Source: the human T2T-CHM13v2.0 reference genome, Homo sapiens
Direction of reading: 5' to 3'
DNA: 64,000 nucleotides
Assembly: GCA_009914755.4 (NCBI GenBank)
Contig: CP068257.2
Span: forward strand, 36,448,001-36,512,000
Position 1 is the stretch's first letter. Each line of letters starts with the position of its first letter. The notes beneath the pieces are model-generated. The model had not been told where the DNA came from. It made no database searches and was given only the letters and a program-made list of their open reading frames with translations. Shown piece after piece: positions 30,901-43,952 of the stretch. The position numbers were made by a program, and so were the translations under genes.

Positions 30901-32479
30901 ATCTTGGCAGAAGAAAGACATTATTCATCTTGGTTGGTTGGAAATGTGGGTCTGGAGCTCATAAGACAGATCATGGATAGGGATATAGCTCAGGGTCTGG
31001 GGTCCTGACTCCCCCTAAGGGTCTTACCTCAGAGAGTGATGACTGAGCTTCTGGAGGTCTTGAATTTCCTGAAATTTATGTAAAATGGAAGGTGCATGTG
31101 TATACATTTCCTAGGGAATAAGTCAATAGCCTTCATCAGTTTCTCAAATGGTTGGAAAATGGAATATAGAACAGCACCAAAAAACACTGTCTTAAATGAG
31201 GATCTATCTACAGGGTGTTAAACGGAAGTGAGAGTAACCCAGTGAGCAATGGAGAGGAGAGAAGGTCCCGGCAGCCTTGAGGCCCCTTCCCCCTTAAGCT
31301 GAGCACTCAGTGTCACTCTTCTCAGCTCCATCTGACTGTCCCCATCTCTAATCTCTCCCCATATGTACTTCATATGAATCAAAGGAAATAACATAGAGAG
31401 CTTGTAAACTCTGAAATGCTCTGCAAGTGTTTAGTTATCATTTAAAAGATGAAATGAAATATGGCAACTCCATTTAAGCTTTTATTAGTTCTGCCCATCT
31501 CCATGGAAAATATCTGTGACATTCAAAATGCCTGTTGATGCTACATTCACTAATCTTTTTATTAATAAGTGAGCATGTAAAGTTCACACACCTCAGACAC
31601 TAAGATATGCTATCAGTACACATCGATGCCTTCCTCCTAATTCAGGGCTGGGTAGGATGGGCCTGAGACAACACAGATGGATGGCCAATGACTCAGAGGT
31701 GGAAAGTGGAATGCAACCCAGCAGTACTGTGCAGCGATGCAGTCAGATAGAAACAACATCTAACTTTTCAGTGCAGCTTAAATGATGTTGAATTAGCCAT
31801 GGTGTGGCGGCACGATTATGTCTCAACATCACTGTGCTAAATCTAAACCAGAAGGAAGCCCTGTGTGCAGAGAGCGATGGTAGCAAAAAGCTCTATTAAG
31901 ATTTGTTTCAGAACAGAAAAGAGTCAATATATACTATAAATTAAAAAAAAAATTGTCACCATTGTAGCCGATGTGAGAAATTTTGGCATGCTATTTATAG
32001 CCCAGATTCCCATTTGAAGTAAAATGCAGTCAGATTGCAAGAACAGGGTTTTGAGCCATAGAATTGATCATAGAGCTGATGGAGCCACATATCAAGAATT
32101 GTTGATGGGAGTGGGTTCTCTGCATTTAGACTTCTGAGATGAGGGATAAGGAAGAACCCTCTAATCCAGGTGTCTAAAATAGCCATGGGTCATTTAAGAA
32201 AATTATCCACCAAAGATTCCTTAACAAATTTTTTTCTAAAGGCGGGTTTAGGCACATGGTAGGAAGGAAAATCAAAAAGAATCCCTTTCTTAAATGAGTT
32301 ATTAAAGAAATAGATTTGATTAGAAATGAACTCATGAAATTAAAATGTTAGGATGATTGAAAGTAGAACATCACTTTTTTCTTGTGAAGGTCAAATGAGG
32401 GGTGTGCTTGTGAGAAAGGAAAAAGACAACAGCAAGGAAAGCAAATTAAAACCAACATCAGGTTGTGCAATGGACTAAA

Positions 32480-32815
32480 TGTGTTCCCTTAAAATTCATA
32501 TATTGGAATCTTAACACCAATGTGATGGGAATAGGAGGTGGGGCCTTTAGGAAGAGATTAGGTCATGAGAGGGGGCCCTCATAAATTAGATTAGTGCCTT
32601 TTTAAAAGGGACCCCCGAGAGCTCTCTCTCACCCTGTCTCCCCACTGTGAGGACACAAATAGAAGGCAGCTGTCTGCAAACTTGGAAGGGAGTCCTCACC
32701 AGAACCCAACCCTGCTGGCTCCCTGATCTTGGACACATGCCTGTTGTTTATAAGCCACCATCTCTATGACACTTTGCTATGGCAGCCTGACCTGACTAAG
32801 GCAAGCTGGGAGTTA
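32480..32815 (+). mobile_element. MaLR-type (MST/THE-like) LTR
   Basis: '…aaaattcatatattggaatcttaacaccaatgtgatgggaataggaggtggggcctttaggaagagattaggtcatgagagggggccctcataaattagattagtgcc…gatcttggacacatgcctgttgtttataagccaccatctctatgacactttgctatggcagcctgacc'. Confidence 0.45.
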
Positions 32816-33859
32816 GAACTCTCAAATTCTCCGAATCTCAGCCCTGACATTCAATAGCTGTGGGTGGCATGATGGGCATGGCACTTTACAGATTTGTTTC
32901 CTGACTTTTAATCTAAACAAGAAAGAGCACAACCACTACTGCCTACCTGAGATCATTGCACACAAGTGTTTTATAAACTGTTATATAAATAATTTATTTT
33001 GGCACAATCTTGAAATTTTAAATGTCTATATGAAAATTTTCTCTGCTTGTCACCACTACCTCCTGTCCTTATAGAAACGTATTTTCATGAGCCATTTGGT
33101 TCAGAGTTTAAAAGCAGGGAGAATAATTATTCAACCATAATTGATGTCAAGCAATGTTGTAAAATCTCTTAACTTATCAGAGTCTAAGCACTGTTGGTTA
33201 TGAAACCCAAATAATAACAATGCATGTGAAAGTGTTTTGTAAACTTTAATGCTCAATGCAAATGTCATTTATTTATTTCAGTTTCTCTCTTACTAAAGTC
33301 TGTTTTTCTGATCTTTTTGCTGCTGGTATATTTTTGCCCTAGTAAGTTCAAAAAAATTAAAAAGTCGTAATTCTTGGCTTCAGATACCTCCCTAGGAATT
33401 CTGAGAGTTTTTTTTCTATATAGATCTGCATTGCCTGCTTGATTCCAGCACATCTCAACTGGGTAGCTCCTACGCCAACCATTTATTTCATGAGCTTGCA
33501 TCTCACTCTCTTCTCACCTTCTCCATTAACCTTTACCTTGGAAACGTCAGATCTGCTCCCATCTAAGCCAAAAACACTATCCAATTTTATATCCATTAGG
33601 TAATGCCTTGTGATTCAAACTACATCTCAAGATTCTCCTTGTTGAGAAAGCTTATCTCAATGTGCTTGGAGGGGTGACAAGGATGCAATTCGTTAATCAT
33701 TGTAACTCTTCATATTTAGAGAATGCAGCAATTAAAAGGTGCTTCCTCATAAACATGTGACCTTGTTTGATCTTCACTTCTATAAAGAAAAACATAGTAC
33801 CTATAATTATTTAACATTATTCCATCCATTGTGCAAAGTGAGAAAACCAACAATGTTTA

Positions 33860-34660
33860 AATCCAATAAAGTCCAAAATCTCTCAGATGATAAGTAAAAC
33901 AGTGAAGTTTGCATTTTTTCTGTCTACATCTAAGTTTTTTTTCTTTCAGGATTTTTTCTTTGTTTTTGGTTTTCTGAAGTTTGAATATGATATGCCTACA
34001 TGTGTATTTTGTTTGTTTGTCACTTATCCTGTTTGGTGTACTCTGTGGCTTGGTGTTTTGCATTACTTTTGGAAAGTTCTCAGTCATTGTTTCTTTACAT
34101 ATTTCTTCTGCTCCATCCTATGTTTCTTCTCCTACTAGTATTCTAATTACATATATATTGCATCTTTTGAAATTGTCCCACAGTTCTTAATTGTTCTGTT
34201 CTGCTTTTATCATTCTTTTTTCTCTTTGAATTTCAGTTTGGAAAGTTTTCATTGATCTATCTTCAAGCTCACTGATTCTTTCTTTGGCTGTGTCTAATCC
34301 ACTAATGAGCCTATCAGAGGCATTCTTCATTTCTGTTAGTGTTTTTCATTTCTAGCATTTCCTTTTGATACTTTTCTAGAGTTTCCATCTCTCTACTTCA
34401 TTATCCACCTGTTCTTTCATGTCTATTTTTTCCATTAATTACCTTAATATATTAATCAGTTACTTTAAATTCCATAATAATTACAACATATGTTTCATAT
34501 CTGAGTCTAGTTCTTAATATTGTTTTGTCTCTTCAGAATGTTTTTTTCTTGTCATTTGACATGTCTTATAATTTTTTGTTGAAAGTCAGATACAATGTAT
34601 CGAGTACTAGGAAGTGAAGTAAATAGGCATTTAGTATAAGAATTAATGGTCGTCTGGCAG
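33860..34660 (-). mobile_element. Old L1 (L1M-type) 5' coding region in antisense orientation
   Basis: '…ttcatttctagcatttccttttgatacttttctagagtttccatctctctacttcattatccacctgttctttcatgtctattttttccattaattaccttaatatattaatcag…ccataataattacaacatatgtttcatatctgagtctagttcttaatattgttttgtctcttcagaatg…' matches the antisense of the L1 inter-ORF/ORF2 start region. Confidence 0.6.
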
Positions 34661-36051
34661 AGAAGTTCGTTTGTCTTTAGTGTTTGCTATAGTTGTATGT
34701 TACAAATATAAATATAGCCAGAGGTTTCAGATTTCTCTAGTGTCTTTTTCTTTGTCTCATCTCTTACCTTTGGGCTTCCCTAAGTACTCCTTCTTAGAGA
34801 GAGTTTGTGTCACCTCTTTCAGCTGTGCTGTATTCCCGCTGATGTGATGGTAAGGTGCAGGGGAGGAGAAGCATTCTCTAATTTTATTAATAAATCTCAG
34901 TCTTTTAATGGGGCTGTGTCTTGGGGCTATAACCGTTACAAGCTTTCTCCTTTGGTACCGTCCCTTCCCCCTGCCTCCTACTCCCTTTCCTGTCTGCAGC
35001 CTCCCCAACCCATTTCCTGGAAGCCATGGTCCTTGTTGACTATGGGGATCTTTTGCCCCCTATAAAGTAGACAGAAAGTTTGGGGGGTGCTTTCCACTGG
35101 AATATGACTCTGGCAAAGTATTTTCTCTTGGAGCATAGGCCTTTGTTGCAGACACATTTCACAAAGATTACTCTCCCCCTTCTCTTGCCAAAACCTTGAA
35201 GAGATCTTGCAGATCTTCATCTTGAGAACCTGTGAATTTCCTAAAGGTAAAGCCAATGATGGTATGGGGTCCCTGAGGACTGGGGACCCCTGGAAGTTTC
35301 TGACTCTCATGCTAGTCTACACTCCTGGTTTATCAAAATTTCCATTTGAGTGTTCCTATGAGTTTATGCCTCATGTGGCTTCTGCTCCAGGTGAGCAGAT
35401 CTTGGCTATATTTCCCCAGATTTGGGGGTGGCAGTTTGCCCTAAAGCCACAATTCTCTCGTGGTTCCAAGAAATATAATTGATTTTCCAAGAAAAAGTCC
35501 AGCTTTTTTGTTGTAAGAATAAAATTATGATTTCCAAAGTATTTACATGTCAGAACAGGAGCCAGATGTCCCAAGTCATTTCCTTTACCTGAGAGCCTTC
35601 ACCAGCTTCTAAGCAAGAAAAAGAAAAATCTATAAATAAGCCACCATCTACTTGTTGCTATTAGTAAAACCATTTTTGTGTTATTAGTAAAGAGGAAGGA
35701 AATGCTGATGTATTGACTTCTCTATCTGCCCATTCTCTATGGAGGAGGAAAGCCAGCAGAAAAGTGCTGAAATATCTTTGAGGCATAAAAAGCTAAGACA
35801 TACCATGATGCAGGAGTCTAGCAATCTGTCCAGCAGAAGGCTCAGTCTGACTGTGGCCATCAGGGGTGTCTTAGGAGGGATCCAGGCCTCCACAGATTAG
35901 AACAACCTCCAGATATTTCCCACTTCTGGCTAGTTATTGATATGCTGTCCACAAAATCATGGCAACTCATAAAATCACAAAAATTTGCATGTTGGAACTG
36001 GAAGATTCTCAGGGCTTTTTTCTTTTTCTTTCTTTCTTTTTTTTTTTTTTT

Positions 36052-36130
36052 AACAAATGAGGAAACTAAGTCCCAGAGAGTCTGGTTCAAAGCCATACAG
36101 TTAGCTCTTGACAGATTGTGGGGTGGGTGG
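36052..36130 (+). mobile_element. MIR core fragment
   Basis: 'caaatgaggaaactaagtcccagagag…ttcaaagccatacagttagct' resembles the MIR core 'gaggaaactgaggcccagagaggttaagtgacttgcccaaggtcacacagc'. Confidence 0.4.
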
Positions 36131-39100
36131 TGGGGGAGTGGGGGCAGTCTACACTTTTATCAATGCCTTTTGCTTTCACTCTAAATTACTTTTATTTTCA
36201 TTTTATTCTACCCTTTGGAGCATAAGATTTCTATGTACTTGTATATATACTTTTCTCATTAGTATGTTGGCTCCCTAAGGAGGGTATAAACTGGCCCTTT
36301 ATGTTATTACTAAATTCCCCTAGGCATTTATAACGATGAAAAATGTCAAAAAAAAAAGAAAAAGAAAAAGAAAAATATAGCAGTGCTGAAGATGGGGAAA
36401 AAAAGGTAGGCTACACTTATTTATTTCCCTTCCACCTTGTCATCTAGGCATTTTGCAAGCATATCACAACAGTATACATCTGATATATCTGCTGTCACCT
36501 CCATCACCCTTCCATTCCACCTGAGATCGTGTTAGGAAAAGAAATGAGGAAGACGTTTGTGTTCTTCTTGCTCATTGTTTCAAATGATGAGAAAGACTTT
36601 GATGAGACAGACAGAAAGAAGAATGAGGCAAAGCAAGAATAATAAACCCAAGTGCAATGATAAAACCAAGTGTGCAGTGGGAAAATATGCAAGACTAAAT
36701 CTAAATCCTTCAATGTGAGTCATCTGAGGATACCTTTGAAAATGGTATTTTTATTTGGTTTGTCTGAAACATTATGTAGCTTTTGTCCTGTGCTTGGTTA
36801 TCTCAGAGTCTTAGCTGTCAGAGAAGGAAGGGACCTGAGAGCCTGCTTTGTTTAAAGTTCCTCGTGCTGCACTGGAATCCATTCAATCACCAGGGACCAG
36901 CTGACTTCTGCTGAACCCAACCCCATCCACACCCACCCCCAGTCCTCAACCCACTTACTTTACATTCCAGGGGTTTGGGTGTTAGAAAGTCCTTTCTCTT
37001 GTAGAACTGAATATGATTTCCTTGTAAATCCATGAATTGGTCTTAATTACATCATAAAATAAATATGCTTGACAATTCAGCTATTAAGCAAAGTATACAT
37101 TTTGTATTACTTAGATGAAGTCTTTCTGAGGAGAAATCTTGGACAAAACTTGACGTCTATTCTTTTATTTTCATGGATCTCCAAACAATATGAACCAAAA
37201 TGGCTAGCCTGAGTGATTTAAGGGGTTCAGCAAATTGACCTATAAAAAAAACGGAGGCCAAAGTAGTTTGAAATATAGGACATAGAAATGTCTTTACTTC
37301 TTCCCAAGTAGTGAATGATCACAGGTCCCTGTGGGGTACTCAGGGCAGGAATATGCCCCCAATTTGTGGAGATGAAGGATCACTTTCTCATCTAGAGTGG
37401 TAAATTATATTAATTGGAGAAAGTGGTGAATTATATTAAAAGAGGCATTTCCAGTTCCAACTCTTCAGATACACATGGAAATGGGCAGTTGTGAGTATAT
37501 TTAGAGACACCATGTTGCACTAGACGTTAGAGAACGCGAGTGTCACGTTAAATGGTGATAGGTGAGACTGAAATTAGTTATCTGAACATTCTCTTTTTCA
37601 GAAAGATACTGGACCTTGCATTAGAAAAACCTGGAAAAAGTTACAAGGTATGGAGACATTATTGATGTCAAACATGATTTCAGACAGGCTGTTTGTTCTA
37701 ACCTCAGCCAAACTCCGGCCCCACCGGGGAGGCAGCAAGCAGATAGCAGGAGGAATGTGGAAGAGAGAAAGGCTTACGGAAAATGGACCAAAGAGGAAAC
37801 AAGGCAGAAGTTCTCCATCTCTTTTGATTGGGGCCAACTATGAGAAGAGATAGCCCCAGTGAGAAAAAGTGAGCTCTAAGCTCCAGGGATCAGCAGGGAG
37901 CCATGAGGGGAAAGTTTTAGTACCTGAGCTCTGTGTATATACAAGAAAATGCAAATACAAATTGAGCACCAAGAAATTACACATCTATACGCAGAAGGGA
38001 TAAGAAAAAAAGGCAAATTTACAATGTGACATCACTAATTAAAAGAATTAGGGAGGGGCAAGAGGGATCCTACTGTAGTAGATCCCAGACTTTTTGAGTT
38101 TATTAATTTTTAAAACTAGAATGTTGAGTTCATTTGTTTAAAATATTAAATGTAATTCAAATAATGGTATCTTAGTGATTATTCAAAATCAAAATTTTAT
38201 TTGTCAAAAAGAATGCTGAAAAAGGTCATATTCAAAGGAAATAATGATTATATGACTAAAGATAGTAATTAATTTCTCAGGAAAAAAATGATCCACCCAC
38301 ACATAAAATCCTTCATCTTTGTAGAAACTTATTTGAGGTAACCCTATTTTGCTCCCTTAAGCTCACCTTTGATTGAACAAAGTAAAAATAGTCTTTCTTT
38401 GTCTATGCATTTACTTTAATAAATAGGCATCTAGAAACATCAGAGGCAATAATATATCAAAAGCTAACTGAATTCCACCAAGCTGTTTTGAAAATGGGAT
38501 TTCTCCATCTTCGAATTTTCAAAAGCAATTTATCTCCTCCACAGGCTGACAAAAAAGGAAAGTTTTTGATGCCTTACTCTGAGGGAAAATTTCTTGATTT
38601 CAAATATGTAAGGAAAAGAGTTCTCTGCATATTTTATCTTATTGTATATATATATACATCTATCACTTTGTTTCTTTGTCAACCTCATAGCCAGAATTAC
38701 TGACTGATGATCATTTGATGTACCACACTAATTTCAGTGAGAGTTGTACTGAGTGTTTTATCTCATAAATATGTTTATAATCTCTAATAAACTAGGTATG
38801 CAATTTCTTAGTGAATTTTCAATGGTAATGCAAAGCTAAATATCAATTAATTAAAGAGTTCTGGGGGTGGAAAAGGGGACAAGGGAAAGGAACCACTCTT
38901 GGTTCTTACAAGATGGAGTTTGCAAGAGAACTTAAATTACAAAGGAAAAATGGCATTAAATTAATATCTAATTTCTAAGCTAGTTGACCAAATTATTTGA
39001 GGCTTATTGGCGTTCTCTTGCTTAGTATTGATATAGTACTTACTTAACTTGCTATCACCATAAACAAAAACAAACAATGATGACATGCTCTTCAAACTGA

Positions 39101-39732
39101 AAAGCTGCAGGTAGCATTCCCCACCTTCAATAGTAGCTGCCTGAATCTGTGTCTCTCCATATAACCTTTGAAATCAAACCGTTCAATGAGGATATTAAGA
39201 AATATCACCCCTAACCCTCATGTACAACAAAACTGGAAGACAAAGAATAGTTTAGACTCTAAGTGTAATGGGAAGAACCTCTCAAACCAGCAGAATCAGT
39301 TTCAGACTCCTGACTAAAGTCTCTCTGATGGACAAGGATGGAAGAGGTGTGACTGCATTTGAGGATGTAGCAGGGAGGAAAAGAAAAAGCACCCCCCCAA
39401 GAAGAATAGGGGTGGATCTCAGGAGTGTACTGAGATGGGACATAGAGAACAGGGACATGAGGCCTCAGGGATCCACTGGCTACTGTGGAATTGAAAGAAA
39501 GAGGCTTGATGTTTCAAAGGACCATAGGTGTAAGTCTTCTAGTAAAGAAGCAGGCAATGTGGAGGCTTGCTGGTAAAGGGGAAAAGATAGCAAAAGCTAG
39601 AAGTTATAGGAAGAAGTGTTATACATCAGGAAGCACTGTGGCCACCTCCACACGGTAGAAGAAAGCAACGAAAAAATATACCCCACTTACAAGGGCAACA
39701 AAAAAATATAAAATACTTAAAATAAATGTTGT

Positions 39733-40026
39733 GGCCAGGTGCGGTGGCTCATGCCTGTAATCCTAGCACTTTGGGAGGCCAAGGTGGGCGGATCACGAAG
39801 TCAGGAGATTGAGACCAGCCTAGCCAATATGGTGACATCCTGTCTCTACTAATAATAAAAATATTAGTCAGGCATGGTGGTGCAAGCTTGTAATCCCAGC
39901 TAATCGGGAGGCTGAGGCAGAAGAATCGCTTGACCCCAAGAGGTGAAGTTCCGGTGAGCCGAGATCGCGCCAGTGTGCTCAGTCTGGGCGACAGAGCAAG
40001 ACTCTGTCTTTAAAAAAAAAAAAAAA
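39733..40026 (+). mobile_element. Alu (AluS-like)
   Basis: ggccaggtgcggtggctcatgcctgtaatcctagcactttgggaggccaaggtgggcggatcacgaagtcaggagattgagacc … gactctgtctttaaaaaaaaaaaaaaa. Confidence 0.95.
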
Positions 40027-40039
40027 GTTGCAAGAAATG

Positions 40040-42331
40040 TGGAAAAAAAACTCATGAATAAGCCTTGAAAACTCTCCTGGAAGACCCATGATCAACTTGA
40101 ACCATAAGGAAAATGCCCCTTGTTCATGGACAGAACAAGTCAACATTATAAACTTGCCAATTTTCCCAAAAAGAATGAATAAACAATACAATCACAATGA
40201 AAATAGCAAGAAGTTTGTTTTTTCCCCCTCGAGCTAGACATTCGATTCTAAAATTCACATGAAATATAAAGATGGGATAATAGCTAAGAAACTCCTGAAA
40301 AGGAAGATAAACTGGGTGGGGGGCAGCCCTAACCCTATCAGGTATTAAAATATAGCATTGAGCTGCTGCATTTAAACGATTCTGGAAATGTTCCATGAAT
40401 AGACAGACCAATGAAACAGAATAGAAAGTAGATCCAAGTATATAAAAAATTTGTGTTTGATAAAGGATGAATGCATCCTTTGTTATACACAGACTTTCAT
40501 TTGGGAATGTATAAATTTGGGGGAATAATGAGCTTTCATTAATTACTGTAGAAATTATGAACTTTCATTATTTATTGGGGAAATTATGAACTTTCTTGTA
40601 AATAATGTTGAAACAATTGGTTTCATTTGTAAGAGAAAAACGTGGACCCATACTTCACATTATACTTAAGAGGAAATTCTAAAAGATCTAATATATAAAT
40701 GTAAAATTGAAACCACATAGTACTCAGATGAAACAAAACTTTGAAGGGAAGAAAATACTCAAAATCCAGAGACAATAAAAATAAAAGAAAGAATTAATAA
40801 ATTATATTCTCTGTGTGTGTGTGTCTGTATGTTTTAATATAACAAATAGAACAGGAAAAATAATCAAAGCTAAAATAAAAGAACATGTTTTCACCTGAAG
40901 AATTTAAATCTGTGAATCAAAATACTTCATCTATTATCAGTTGACTAAAACCATAGACCTGGACACAGTTTTGTAAAATTTATAAAAGCTCACTCCCCAA
41001 GTATTTCAGCAGAAAAGTCAATCTACCTACAATTTAATAAAAATAATATTTGTCTCAGACTTTTCCATAGCAATGAACATCAGATATAAATAAAAGTAAC
41101 ATTTACAGAGATTTAAAAAAGAAAGATTGTAACCCAAGAATATAAACTAAACAAATTTTCACTCATCTGTAAAGGTCAAAGTAAATAGTCAAGTCTTTAG
41201 GAAGTAGTTCACTTCCATGCCATTTTGGAGAAAAATAAAAAAATAATAATTGAATATGTAGTACATCAGAGCAAAGTAAAAAACTTGGTAATATGAAAAT
41301 TGTGGTAAATAAAGAACATTCAGGTTCATTTTTAAAAGTTGCAATTATTGAAAATACTCTTGAAACCATAGGGTAAATATTTTGAAAATGCTCCTGAAAA
41401 AGAAGAGTCTCCAGTCTTTCCCTCTGTCTCTCACAACACACAGCCACAAACACACTTACGCACTTTTAAAATATTAGATTATTACAACCAAAGTTAAAAA
41501 TTAGCTGGAGAAGAAGGCCAAGGAATAAAAAGCAGCCAGTTTCCTAATTTTCTATAAAGAAGCATCAATAGAAACTGTTTTATGTTGGCAATACTAATTA
41601 GATAAATATTGGTTCAAGTGCATGTTCTCAGATTTGAAGAAACTTATCAGATAATTAAAAACAAAATATACCTCTTTCTAGTTATTAGAAGTACAAAGAC
41701 ATTAAAAATAATCAACTTACAAAAAGCGGAAACAAGAAAATAAAAGCACACAAGCAGGAAAATAAAGGTATGAAATGCTAACTCCCTAAAGTCTATTATT
41801 TTCTCATCTATAAAATGTGGGTTATAACAAACCTAACCATAGGTTAATTTTGAAGATTAATAAGATAATGTTCAAAAAGTATTTCTCAGTGTCTGGCTCA
41901 CAATCGAAGCTCAAATAATGTTTATTATTACTATTTATAATAAAATATGACAGTTATCAATTATGAAAGTAAATTTACATAGTTAAAATTTAAATAAAAT
42001 ATTAAACCTTTCTTATTAAAGGGAAAAATTAATACAATAAATAAAATAACAAAGAGAATTAAAAATTTAGGCTTGTGAAAAGGTATCTCAAACAACACAA
42101 ATCAAAAGAAAGTAACAGTGTAGAATTCCAAGTAAAAAAGCATTAGATGATGCAAAGATGGTCATTTTATATGGATACATTTTTAAAAATCACAGTGATG
42201 ATAAAATTGTCATAAAATTTAATTAATTAAACATTTATCTTTACAATAAATAAAAGTATTTGGAAATACAAGGGATAAGAAATAATTTTTAATGCTTTGC
42301 TCTCAGTATTTATAAATCAAGAAGACCAAAA
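40040..42331 (+). mobile_element. A-rich ancient L1-like sequence in sense orientation (probable upstream body of the L1 that ends at 44863)
   Basis: Strongly A-rich coding-strand-like composition with scattered matches to L1 ORF2 sense (for example 'acagaatagaaag…', 'aataaaagcacacaagcaggaaaataaaggtatg'). Not aligned base by base. Confidence 0.35.
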
Positions 42332-42450
42332 ATAGGGCAACCCTCTTTTGGGCCCCCTGTCCGTGGTGGAGAGCTTTCTTCAATTGTTCATTAAACTCTT
42401 GCTCCAACCTCAAAAAAAAAAAAAAAAAAAAGAAGAAGAAGAAGAAATAA
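42332..42450 (+). mobile_element. Short retroposed fragment (about 85 bp + poly-A/(GAA)n) with about 20-bp TSD, inserted into the old L1
   Basis: 'gggcaaccctcttttgggccccctgtccgtggtggagagctttcttcaattgttcattaaactcttgctccaacctc(A)19(GAA)5'. It is flanked by 'ataaatcaagaagaccaaaaata' and 'ataaatcaagatgaccaaaaata'. Confidence 0.55.
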
Positions 42451-43171
42451 TATAAATCAAGATGACCAAAAATATACCTAAGATGGTAGAGGACTTTAAT
42501 AATGTAATTAATTAGATTTAATTAGTGTATATTAAACAATATACCTTTCCAAGGTTTTGGAAAACCTTAACAAAAACTATATCTTATGTAGTCTACAGGA
42601 TTTAAAAAAATTTTATTTGTATATGACACACTCTATCATGACTATGTAATAAAAATAAAAACTAATGGGAATAAAACATTTCAAAAAATCCAGTAATTTT
42701 AGAATAAAAAGAAAACATTGTAAATATTAGCTAAAAAGAAAAAGAAAATGAAAGTTACTACTACAAACCATTTAGAAAGTAATGACCATGTAAAACTATA
42801 TGTTAAAATTTCTGTACCAAGACAATTAAATGGGAAAAGAAAAGGCCTTTCAGCAAGTGGAGCTGGAAGAACTAGATAGCCACACAAGAAAGAATGAGTT
42901 GAAGTCCTATCTCACATACAAAAATTAGCAAAATGGAGGAGCTAAAACTCTAAAACTGTTAGAAGAAAATAAGCATAAATCCTCATGATCTTAGAATAGA
43001 CAATGGTTTCCTAGATAAGACATCGAAAGTATAAGCTGCAAAAGAAAAAAATACAAAAATTGGACATCATCAAAATTAAAAACTTATGTGTTTCAAAGAA
43101 TGCCATCAAGAAAGTGAAAGGAAAATCCACATAATGGGAGAAAATTTTTACAAATCATGTATCTTATAAAG

Positions 43172-43952
43172 CAGGGGTCCCCAAGCCCCAGACCACAGAC
43201 TGTACCAGTCCCTGGCCTGTTAGGAACCAGGCTGCACAGCAGGAGATGAGTTGAGGGAAGTGAGCATTACTGCCTGGGCTCTGCCTCCTGTCAGATCAGC
43301 AGCGGCATTAGATTCTCATGGAAGTGCAAACCCTATTGCGAACTGTGCCTGCAAGGTGTATTAGTCCATTCTCATGCTGCTATGAAAAAATACCTGAGAC
43401 TGGGTAATTTATAAAGTAAAGAGGTTTAATTGACTCACAGTTCGGCATGGCTGGGGAGGTCTCAGGAAACTTACAATCAATGGCTGGGGAGGTCTCAGGA
43501 AACTTACAATCATGGTGGAAGGCAAAGGAGAAGCAGGCACCTTCTTCACAGGGCAGCAGGATGGAGTGAGTGCAAGCAGGGGAAATGCCAGACACTTATA
43601 AAACCATCAGATCTCATGAGAACTCACTTACTATCACAAGAACAGCTTGGGGGAAACCACCCCCATGATCCAATTACCTCCACCGGGTCTTACCCTTGAC
43701 ACATGGGGATTACAAAGATTATGTGAATTATAATTCCAGATGAGATTTTGGGTGGGGGCACAGCCAAACCATATCATGAGGAATCAAGGTTGCACACTCT
43801 TTATGAGACCCCAATGTTTGATGATCTGAGGTGCAACGGTTTCATCCCTAAACCGTGCCCCTCCCCCTGCGCTTCCCACCCCCTGTTCCAATTTTGTGAA
43901 AAATATCTTTCATGAAACTGGTCTCTGGTGTCAAAAATGTTGGCGACCACTG
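43172..43952 (+). mobile_element. hAT-like MITE (TIRs 'caggggtccccaa…ttggcgaccactg') with 8-bp TSD 'ttataaag / ttacaagg', itself carrying a nested LTR
   Basis: Ends 'caggggtccccaagccccagaccacagactgtaccagtccctggcctgttaggaacc' and '…ggtctctggtgtcaaaaatgttggcgaccactg' are inverted complements of each other. The flanking L1 sequence is duplicated over 8 bp. Confidence 0.6.
43357..43777 (-). mobile_element. Solo MaLR LTR (THE1-like) nested in the MITE, with an internal perfect 33-bp tandem duplication (43447-43512)
   Basis: Starts 'tgtattagtccattctcatgctgctatgaaaaaatacctgagactgggtaatttataaagtaaagaggtttaattgactcacagttc' and ends '…gggattacaa…gattttgggtgggggcacagccaaaccatatca', the reverse complement of THE1. 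The unit 'atggctggggaggtctcaggaaacttacaatca' occurs twice. Confidence 0.7.

Noticed and set aside
40040-42331. Assigning the whole A-rich 2.3 kb to a specific L1 subfamily and ORF coordinates
   Set aside because: Base-level alignment was not possible by eye. It is reported only as low-confidence L1-like.
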